Below, piece by piece: positions 10,119 to 17,613 of a DNA stretch of 64,000 bases. Origin of the DNA: Anaerolineaceae bacterium UBA4781 (GTDB lineage Bacteria; Chloroflexota; Anaerolineae; Anaerolineales; Anaerolineaceae); assembly GCA_002403105.1 (NCBI GenBank), contig DHHD01000106.1, positions 18-64,017 on the forward strand, given 5' to 3'. Positions within the stretch are counted from its first letter, which is position 1. Every line of letters starts with the position of its first letter. Under the pieces are notes generated by a model. The model had not been told where the DNA came from. It saw nothing but the letters and a program-made list of their open reading frames with translations, and made no database searches. Made by a program: the position numbers and the translations under genes.

Positions 10119-11168
10119 TTATTCCTGTACAACCAATTGTGAAATCTTACCAGCAATGGAGCAGGCCAGTTCATTCAATATTTTTGCAGCCGCTGAGTTG
10201 GGGTCGGAGATCACAATAGGTCTTCCATTATCCCCTCCTTCGCGAACCGCAGGGTTTAATGGTATTTGCCCAAGAAGTGGAATTCCTGTTCTTTCAGCTA
10301 AAGCTTTTCCTCCTCCGTTGCCAAAGATTTCCATCTTTGTTCCATTTTCCAATTCTAAAAAGCTCATATTTTCAATAATTCCAAGTACAGGGATATTCAG
10401 TTTATTGAACATTTCTAACCCTCGTGCAGCATCATCCACTGAAACTTTTTGTGGAAGAGTAATGATCAAACCGCCAGTTAGACTTAAGTTTTGCGCTACG
10501 CTTAGTTGAACATCGCCTGTGCCTGGTGGAAGATCGATAATGAGATAATCCAGATCACCCCAATTGACATCAACCAGGAATTGGCGAATGGTAGAGTGAA
10601 GCAAGGGTCCTCTCCAGATAAGTGGCTGTCCCTCTTGCACCAATAATCCGATTGAAATAATTTTTACTCCATACGCTTCAGCAGGGATGATTTTTTTATC
10701 TTTTACTGGAGGTAGTTCCGTTATTCCCATCATCCGGGGAACATTAGGCCCATAGATATCCGCATCCAATAGACCAACTGTCGCCCCAGTCTGCGCAAGT
10801 GCCACAGCTAAATTCACCGCAACCGTTGTCTTTCCAACCCCACCCTTCCCTGAAGCAACAGCAATGGAATTTTTTATCGGGAGTACGATCGAATCTTCAT
10901 TTTGTTTTTGATGGGTCGCTACATTCGCCGCCATATTTATAGTGACCGATTTTACTCCTTTAATTCCCATGACCGCATCATGGGCAGCTTTTTGCAGGTA
11001 ATTTTTTAAAGGGCAGGCTGGTGTTGTGAGAACCAGGGTCAGGGTTACTTCATCTCCTTGTATTCTGATATCCTGGATCATATTTAAACTAACTAGGTCC
11101 TTCTTTAATTCTGGGTCCATCACTCTACTGAGTGCAGTGAGTATATCTTTTTCAGTAATTGGTACCAT
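10119..11168 (-). CDS. mrp: Mrp/NBP35-family Fe-S cluster carrier ATPase
   Basis: Deviant Walker A 'ASGKGGVGKTT'; N-terminal DUF59-like segment. Confidence 0.9.
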   Translation of the reverse strand: MVPITEKDILTALSRVMDPELKKDLVSLNMIQDIRIQGDEVTLTLVLTTPACPLKNYLQKAAHDAVMGIKGVKSVTINMAANVATHQKQNEDSIVLPIKNSIAVASGKGGVGKTTVAVNLAVALAQTGATVGLLDADIYGPNVPRMMGITELPPVKDKKIIPAEAYGVKIISIGLLVQEGQPLIWRGPLLHSTIRQFLVDVNWGDLDYLIIDLPPGTGDVQLSVAQNLSLTGGLIITLPQKVSVDDAARGLEMFNKLNIPVLGIIENMSFLELENGTKMEIFGNGGGKALAERTGIPLLGQIPLNPAVREGGDNGRPIVISDPNSAAAKILNELACSIAGKISQLVVQE

Positions 11169-11296
11169 TATTTTTCCTGTAAACTTGTTTTGTACTGGTT
11201 ATTGTAACATAAGGGAATCTCAAATAATTTATTGTAATTATCTTCTTTCGTATTTCTGATAGAATCAAAAAGATATTGTTTATTTAGGAGCACATC

Positions 11297-11848
11297 ATGA
11301 CAAAAAAAGTATTTGTCGGTTATTCCACATGGTCTGGATCTACACATGAAGTTGCTGATGCCATAGCCATCCATCTCAAAAAATGTGGTTTTGAAGTTGA
11401 AGTTTTTAACTTTAAAAATGTAAAAATCCTTTCTAATTATGATGCTTTCATTTTAGGTACCTCCATCCACGCAAGCCACCCAAGTGGAGCATTTATAAAT
11501 TTCATAAAGAAGAACTATACAATCCTTTCAAAAAAACAAACCGCTCTCTTTGTTGTTTGTGCAAATATGTTTGAGGATACTCCTGAGAATCGTTCTGAAA
11601 CACTTACCTGGCTTCAAGATTCATTAAAGGATATCCCGGCGATCTCATTTCTCGATATAGGATTATTTGGTGGTGCAGTGATAACGAGCGGTCCTGATTA
11701 CGAAAAATTAAATCCTTTTGTGAAGCTTATTATTAAATCAATGAAAAAAACAATCGTTGAAAAATTAGAGCACGAAGATTTTCGCGATTGGGAAAAGATA
11801 ACACTCTGGTCTGAAGAAATTGCCAGGAAAATAGAAGGGGCTGTCTAA
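11297..11848 (+). CDS. Flavodoxin-domain protein
   Basis: 'VGYSTWSGSTHEVA' flavodoxin-like phosphate-binding N-terminus; about 180 aa. Confidence 0.65.
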   Translation: MTKKVFVGYSTWSGSTHEVADAIAIHLKKCGFEVEVFNFKNVKILSNYDAFILGTSIHASHPSGAFINFIKKNYTILSKKQTALFVVCANMFEDTPENRSETLTWLQDSLKDIPAISFLDIGLFGGAVITSGPDYEKLNPFVKLIIKSMKKTIVEKLEHEDFRDWEKITLWSEEIARKIEGAV

Positions 11849-11868
11849 AAAGTAGACTTCCCCTTTTT
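11837..11868 (+). terminator. Intrinsic terminator after the flavodoxin gene
   Basis: GGGGCTGTCTA-AAAAG-TAGACTTCCCC hairpin followed by TTTTT; overlaps the stop codon. Confidence 0.7.
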
Positions 11869-11999
11869 CATCTCCCACTAAATGCCAAACTTTGCATGCT
11901 GGAGGGTCTGTTCGCCCCACGGCAGGGCATTTATTATAGATTTTCTCCCACAATTGCTTGTCAAAAAAGAAAAATCCAGACTTTTGGGACAGCCCCTTC

Positions 12000-13841
12000 T
12001 TATTCTACCGTTACAGATTTAGCCAGATTCCTCGGTTGATCCACATCCAATCCACGCAGAGCAGCGATATGATAAGCCAGCATTTGTAAAGGGAGCGAGG
12101 TAAAGACAGGTGTCAACAACCATGGGGTTTCAGGTATCCATAGCACATAATCACCTAAAACTTTTGCGTTTTCATCGCCATCTGTTGCTACTAAAATTAG
12201 AATGCCGCCACGTGCCTTGGCTTGTTCCACTTGACTTAACATTTTTTCATACCATTTATCTTTCGGCATGATGGCTAAAACTGGCATTTCTTTATCGATC
12301 AATGCGATAGGGCCATGTTTCATCTCTCCAGCCGGATACGCTTCAGCATGGATATATGAAATTTCTTTCAGCTTTAGAGCACCTTCATATGCAATCGGCA
12401 TATTGATCCCCCGACCAAGATATAAAATATTTCGAATATCTTTGAGCTGTTCTGCAACTTCTTTCACTGTCTCTTCTCGCTTTAAACATTCTCCAGCAAG
12501 TTCTGGAACGATTCGCAGATCATGAATATATTGGAATTTCTTTTCTTCGCTGAGCGTGCCCCTTAAATCAGCCAGGTAGATTGCAAACATATACAGATCA
12601 ACCAGGGGAGCTGTAAATGCCTTTGTAGATGCCACGCCAATCTCAGGACCCACCTGCATGGAAATGTATCCGTCAGCTACTCGCATGGCTTGCGATCCGA
12701 TCGCGTTAACGATCGAAAGAACCATTGCACCTTTTTTATGCGCTTCATCCATCGCAGCCAGTGTATCGGCAGTTTCGCCCGATTGGCTGATGCTTATTAC
12801 ACAAGTTTTATTATCGACAATCGGATCTCGATATCGGAATTCGGAAGCAATATCCACTTCCACTGGAATTTTGCAAATCTCCTCGATCATGGTTTTTCCA
12901 ACCAATCCTGCATGATAGGCGGTACCGCAGGCAGTGATGACGATCTTTTGAATTGCTTTGGCTTTTTCAGGCGTTAGATTAAGATTCATTAAATTGATCT
13001 GATTCTTCTCAAAATCTACTCTTCCAGAGAGTGTATCTGTTAAAGAACGTACCTGTTCATGGATTTCTTTTTGCATAAAATGACGGTAGTTTCCTTTTTC
13101 AGCAGCAATGGGATCCCAAGCGATCGTATCGATCTTGGTGTTAATCTCCACTCCATCCAGAGTTTTGATATGTACATCATTTTTTGTTACGATCGCCATT
13201 TGATGAGATTCTAGAAAGCTCATCTTTCGGGTATATTCCATCAGTGCCGGGATATCCGATGCGATAAAATTCTCCCTTTCGCCATATCCAATCACAACTC
13301 CACCTGCATTCCCAATGCGTGCCGCAATGATCTTATCAGGCTCCAAACTGGAAATAACCACAATCCCATGTGCACCTTTGATTCGCAGTAAGCTCTTACG
13401 AACTGCTTCCTCAAGGGTTTCAGAGGTGGTAAGGTTGCGTTCGATTAAATAAACAATTGTCTCAGTATCCGTTTCGGACTGGAATTTAGCACCCTCGGCT
13501 TCCAATTCTTCTTTTAGTTCCAGGTAATTCTCCACAATACCGTTGTGCACGATCACTACTTTTCCGGTTTCCCCAATATGTGGATGGGCATTCTTTTCAC
13601 TAGGGGCGCCATGCGTTGCCCATCGTGTATGACCGATCCCAATACTTCCGCTTAATGGTTTTTCTTTTACCAATATTTCCAGATTGTTGAGCTTGCCGAC
13701 ATCTCGCCGTAATTCGATATGCCCATCTTCGATCACAGCAATTCCGGCAGAATCATACCCTCGATATTCTAGTTTTTTTAGCCCCCCCAAGATAATAGGC
13801 GTAGCATTCTTATCACCGATATAGCCAACAATACCACACAT
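12000..13841 (-). CDS. glmS: Glutamine--fructose-6-phosphate aminotransferase
   Basis: 'MCGIVGY' N-terminal nucleophile Cys, C-terminal 'AKSVTVE'. ATG at 13841 is preceded by GGAGG; the track start 13853 adds 4 codons. Confidence 0.95.
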   Translation of the reverse strand: MCGIVGYIGDKNATPIILGGLKKLEYRGYDSAGIAVIEDGHIELRRDVGKLNNLEILVKEKPLSGSIGIGHTRWATHGAPSEKNAHPHIGETGKVVIVHNGIVENYLELKEELEAEGAKFQSETDTETIVYLIERNLTTSETLEEAVRKSLLRIKGAHGIVVISSLEPDKIIAARIGNAGGVVIGYGERENFIASDIPALMEYTRKMSFLESHQMAIVTKNDVHIKTLDGVEINTKIDTIAWDPIAAEKGNYRHFMQKEIHEQVRSLTDTLSGRVDFEKNQINLMNLNLTPEKAKAIQKIVITACGTAYHAGLVGKTMIEEICKIPVEVDIASEFRYRDPIVDNKTCVISISQSGETADTLAAMDEAHKKGAMVLSIVNAIGSQAMRVADGYISMQVGPEIGVASTKAFTAPLVDLYMFAIYLADLRGTLSEEKKFQYIHDLRIVPELAGECLKREETVKEVAEQLKDIRNILYLGRGINMPIAYEGALKLKEISYIHAEAYPAGEMKHGPIALIDKEMPVLAIMPKDKWYEKMLSQVEQAKARGGILILVATDGDENAKVLGDYVLWIPETPWLLTPVFTSLPLQMLAYHIAALRGLDVDQPRNLAKSVTVE

Positions 13842-13904
13842 GTATACCTCCATGGTTTTCGGTAAGATTATGAATTAGTCAGATCTTACTGACTAAATAC
13901 TATT

Positions 13905-14055
13905 TTGGGGAAAGGGCACGGATAGTTTTTTGATTTTGTTATCCGGGAAGGCATCCGCCGAACTCTCGATTTTCTTGCACCGTTGTGCAATTAGTTCTAC
14001 CTTGCAGTAGAAAACCTTCATCCTCGTCATCCCATCCTGGATGGGATCAGGCGCT
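13905..14055 (-). ncRNA. glmS leader: glmS ribozyme
   Basis: The minus strand reads A|GCGCC ... GACGAGGAUGAAGG ... AAUCGAGAGUUCGGCGGAUGCCUUCCCGG, matching the remembered glmS ribozyme core; located directly upstream of glmS. Confidence 0.8.
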
Positions 14056-14095
14056 ATTCCTTTCCTTGGCTCTGGTCTTTCCAGAACCAAGGCGT

Positions 14096-14123
14096 ATTAT
14101 AATGCATCTTTAGGAAATTTAAA
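14096..14123 (-). promoter_or_regulatory. Putative sigma-70 promoter for the glmS leader
   Basis: Minus strand TTTAAA-16 nt-TATAAT; -10 at 14096..14101, about 40 nt upstream of the ribozyme cleavage site. Confidence 0.4.
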
Positions 14124-14127
14124 CACC

Positions 14128-14156
14128 TTGACAGGGAGTTTAAGCTTCCATAGAAT
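14128..14156 (+). promoter_or_regulatory. Sigma-70 promoter for the gcv operon
   Basis: TTGACA (14128..14133), 17-nt spacer, TAGAAT (14151..14156). Confidence 0.6.
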
Positions 14157-14175
14157 AAGTAAAAATTGAATGGGC

Positions 14176-14342
14176 GTGAGAAGAGTTCGAGTGCTTCGAC
14201 ACCGAAGGGGCAATTCTGCAAAACTTGCAGAAGAATCTCTCAGGTAAAAAGACTCACTGCCAATAAACTCTGGAGAGCATAATGGATGCACCGACGGGGC
14301 AAGCCGCTTTTGAAGGCGAATCTCTCAGGTAAAATAACAGAG
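14176..14342 (+). promoter_or_regulatory. Tandem glycine riboswitch (two aptamers)
   Basis: Aptamer 1 has P1 GTGAG/CTCAC (14176..14257) with 'CACCGAAGGGGCAA' and 'CTCTCAGGTAAAAAGAC'. Aptamer 2 has P1 CTCTG/CAGAG (14268..14342) with 'CTGGAGAG', 'GCACCGACGGGGCAA' and 'CTCTCAGGTAAAATAAC'. Confidence 0.85.
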
Positions 14343-14387
14343 ATGTACAATTTTTATGTACCTCAAAAAAATAAACAGGAGTAAAAG

Positions 14388-14777
14388 ATGTCGACCCCAA
14401 AAGATCTTAAGTTCTCAGAAACAGATGAATGGATCAAAGTAAAAGGTAATACAGCTCTCATCGGAATCACTGATTTCGCTCAAAGTCAGCTTTCCGATAT
14501 TGTATACGTAGAGTATGAGCTTGATGTAGATGACGATTTTGAAAAAGATGAGACGGTCGCAACCGTTGAATCCGTTAAAGCTGCAGCCGATATTCACGCA
14601 CCTGTTTCCGGCACTATCTTGGAAATCAATGAAGCACTCATTGATAATCCAGAGCACCTTAATGAAGATCCCTACGGAAGTTGGTTATTTAAAATCTCGA
14701 TCGAAGATCCTTCTGAAGTAGACGCACTAATGGATGCGGAAACTTACGATAGATTTTGTGAAGATCGGGGCGACTAA
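14388..14777 (+). CDS. gcvH: Glycine cleavage system H protein
   Basis: Lipoyl-lysine motif 'VESVKAAADI'; 129 aa. Confidence 0.95.
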   Translation: MSTPKDLKFSETDEWIKVKGNTALIGITDFAQSQLSDIVYVEYELDVDDDFEKDETVATVESVKAAADIHAPVSGTILEINEALIDNPEHLNEDPYGSWLFKISIEDPSEVDALMDAETYDRFCEDRGD

Positions 14778-16129
14778 TGTTCACGCCGCACACTGATGCG
14801 GAACGCAAAGAAATGTTAACAGCTCTTGGACTAAAAAGTATAGAAGAGCTGTTTTCTGACGTTCCAGGAAAATTCCGTTTTCCAGCTTTAAACTTGCCTG
14901 CAGGAATGAGCGAAATGTTCGCTCAAAATTATGTGGAAGGTTTTGCAGGAGCCAATGCCAGCACAAAGGAATTTGTCTGTTTCCTTGGAGCAGGCGTTTA
15001 CGATCACTATATACCGGCTGCTGTTGATAGCATTCTGCGTAGAGGTGAATTCTTCACCGCCTACACACCTTACCAACCAGAAATCTCACAAGGCACTTTG
15101 CAGTCCATTTTTGAATTTCAATCCTTGATCTGCAATCTTACTTCTTTAGAGGTAAGTAACGCTTCACACTATGATGGAGCAACCGCTGCGGCTGAAGCGT
15201 GTCTCATGGCTTATGCACATTTTCGTGAAAAGCGAAAAAGGATCTTACTCTCTCATGCCATTCATCCTCAATATAGAGAAGTGATCAATACGTATCTTAG
15301 TGGTGCGAGAGATATTGAGATCATTACATCTGGAAAAAATGAAGAATCCTTATCAGATCCGCGTGAAATTAATAATCTGATCGATGAGGATACAGCGCTG
15401 GTAATGGTCCAATATCCTGATTTTTTCGGTAGAGTTTTTGATCTTTCAGATCTCATCAATGAGGCTCACCAAAAAGGTGCTCTCGTTTGCATGATTGTCA
15501 ATCCAATCGCACTGGGTTTACTGAAAACACCTGGTCAAATGGGTGCGGATATCGCAGTTGGTGAAGGACAACCATTAGGAATCCCTCTTTCCTTCGGTGG
15601 TCCCTATCTTGGTTTTATTGCCGCTCGTAAAGACCTGGTGCGTAAATTATCAGGGCGCCTGGTCGGCGAAACAGTTGATGGGAATGGGAAACGCGGTTAT
15701 GTTCTCACATTAACAGCTCGTGAGCAGCATATTCGGCGCGAAAAAGCAACTTCAAATATTTGCTCCAATCAGGGATTGATGGCTCTGGCAGCCACAGTGT
15801 ATATGAGCCTGCTGGGGAAATCAGGGATGCAACAAGTAAGTAATCTCTGCTATCAAAATGCTCATTATGCGGCTCAAAAGATTTCGGAGCTTGATGGATT
15901 CAAAATCCTTACTTCAGAACCATTCTTCCATGAGATCGTTGTTCAATGTCCTATATCTATTGATCATCTTAACCATCACCTTCTTGAAGAAGGTATCCTG
16001 GGCGGTTATGCTCTTGAACATGAATTTCCCGATTTGAAAGATTGCATGCTGCTGGCATTTACTGAAAAAACAAACAAAGAGATCATTGATGTTCTTTGTG
16101 AAATCATGAAGGAGAGCAACCATGGCTGA
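14777..16129 (+). CDS. gcvPA: Glycine dehydrogenase (decarboxylating) subunit 1
   Basis: Typical GcvPA N-terminus 'FTPHTDAERKEML..LG'; TAATG overlap with gcvH. Confidence 0.95.
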   Translation: MFTPHTDAERKEMLTALGLKSIEELFSDVPGKFRFPALNLPAGMSEMFAQNYVEGFAGANASTKEFVCFLGAGVYDHYIPAAVDSILRRGEFFTAYTPYQPEISQGTLQSIFEFQSLICNLTSLEVSNASHYDGATAAAEACLMAYAHFREKRKRILLSHAIHPQYREVINTYLSGARDIEIITSGKNEESLSDPREINNLIDEDTALVMVQYPDFFGRVFDLSDLINEAHQKGALVCMIVNPIALGLLKTPGQMGADIAVGEGQPLGIPLSFGGPYLGFIAARKDLVRKLSGRLVGETVDGNGKRGYVLTLTAREQHIRREKATSNICSNQGLMALAATVYMSLLGKSGMQQVSNLCYQNAHYAAQKISELDGFKILTSEPFFHEIVVQCPISIDHLNHHLLEEGILGGYALEHEFPDLKDCMLLAFTEKTNKEIIDVLCEIMKESNHG

Positions 16130-17585
16130 ACCGACCATTTATGAGATCTCCTCACCCGGCAGAACAGGATTCCAATTCCACCAACCGGATGTTCCAGTTG
16201 CACAACTACCTGCTGAATTAAAACGAAATGACCTACCTTTCCCGGAAGTATCGGAAGTGGATGTCATCCGTCATTTCACCCGACTATCGCAGTTGAATTA
16301 CGGTATTGATCTAGGTTTCTATCCGCTGGGATCCTGCACGATGAAATACAATCCACGCATTAATGAAGAGATGGCTCGCCTTTCTGGATTTGCAATGGCC
16401 CATCCCCTTCAACCCATTGAAACCGTACAGGGCAACCTGGCATTGATCTATCAACTGCAAGAATGGTTGAAAGAGATCAGCGGTTTTTCTGGTATCACGC
16501 TGCAGCCAGCCGCTGGGGCACAGGGTGAATTTGTGGGTGGTTTGATCATGCGCGCCTACCATCTCAGTCGCAATGATCTGAAGAGAACCAAGATCCTGGT
16601 TCCAGATTCCGCACATGGCACAAATCCCGCCACTTCTTCCATGAGCGGTTTCGAAGTGGTGAATATTCCTTCTGATAGTCGCGGCAATATTGACCTGGAA
16701 AAGTTAAAAGAAATTTGCGATGATTGCGTTGCCGGGCTCATGCTCACCAATCCCAACACGCTAGGCTTATTTGAAGAACACCTTCAGGAAGTTATTGCCA
16801 TCATCCATGAAAAAGGTGGATTGGTTTATGGTGATGGTGCTAATTTCAATGCTCTGCTTGGAATCATCAAACCCGGCGAGGTCGGATTTGATATCATGCA
16901 CTTTAACCTCCACAAGACTTTTTCCACACCTCATGGTGGTGGAGGCCCTGGTTCCGGTCCGGTTGCGGTTGCCGCTCATCTTGTCGACTTCTTACCTGCT
17001 CCTGTGGTGGGAATCGTTGAAGAAGGTGATGATGAAACACCTCCACTGTATGGCTTTATCACTCCTTCCAAGAGCATTGGAAGAATGAAATCTTTCTATG
17101 GGCACTTTGGCGTTTTGGTGAGAGCATTTACGTATATTGCCATGCATGGTGCGAATGGATTAAGAAACATATCAGAAAATGCAGTTCTCAACGCCAATTA
17201 TTTAAAAAAGCTGCTTGGCAATGCTTATACAGTTCCTTACGATCGAGCTTGCATGCACGAATTTGTTGCAGAGGGTTTTTGGGATGATGCTCCTGGCATC
17301 CACGCATTGGATGTCGCGAAGAGGATGATGGATTATGGTATCCATCCACCAACCAATTATTTTCCATTGATCGTTAAAGAAGCCTTGATGATCGAACCTA
17401 CGGAAACCGAATCAAAACAAGAAATTGAGCACTTTGCAGAGATTATGAAGACGATCGCGCATGAAGCACATACAGAACCTGAATTACTGCATACTGCCCC
17501 TCATCACACACCCATTGGAAGATTGGATGAAGTGAAAGCAGCCAAAGATCTGGTTTTGTGCTGCTGGATTCCGCCAGAAGAATAA
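16122..17585 (+). CDS. gcvPB: Glycine dehydrogenase (decarboxylating) subunit 2
   Basis: PLP-lysine region 'NLHKTFSTPHGGGGPG'; 8-nt overlap with gcvPA. Confidence 0.95.
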   Translation: MAEPTIYEISSPGRTGFQFHQPDVPVAQLPAELKRNDLPFPEVSEVDVIRHFTRLSQLNYGIDLGFYPLGSCTMKYNPRINEEMARLSGFAMAHPLQPIETVQGNLALIYQLQEWLKEISGFSGITLQPAAGAQGEFVGGLIMRAYHLSRNDLKRTKILVPDSAHGTNPATSSMSGFEVVNIPSDSRGNIDLEKLKEICDDCVAGLMLTNPNTLGLFEEHLQEVIAIIHEKGGLVYGDGANFNALLGIIKPGEVGFDIMHFNLHKTFSTPHGGGGPGSGPVAVAAHLVDFLPAPVVGIVEEGDDETPPLYGFITPSKSIGRMKSFYGHFGVLVRAFTYIAMHGANGLRNISENAVLNANYLKKLLGNAYTVPYDRACMHEFVAEGFWDDAPGIHALDVAKRMMDYGIHPPTNYFPLIVKEALMIEPTETESKQEIEHFAEIMKTIAHEAHTEPELLHTAPHHTPIGRLDEVKAAKDLVLCCWIPPEE

Positions 17586-17590
17586 ATCGT

Positions 17591-17612
17591 AACCGCCCTC
17601 TCGGGCGGTTTT
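17591..17612. terminator. Bidirectional intrinsic terminator between gcvPB and alaS
   Basis: AACCGCCC-TCTC-GGGCGGTT hairpin followed by TTTC; sits between convergent stops. Confidence 0.7.
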
Positions 17613-17613
17613 C

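Noticed and set aside
13893-14291. Two minus-strand track ORFs (65 and 64 aa) in the glmS/gcvH spacer
   Set aside because: They coincide with the glmS ribozyme and with the antisense of the glycine riboswitch. They use non-ATG starts and have no RBS.
14343-14387. Intrinsic terminator as the glycine riboswitch expression platform
   Set aside because: The only hairpin here is weak and is followed by an A-run, not a U-run, on the plus strand.
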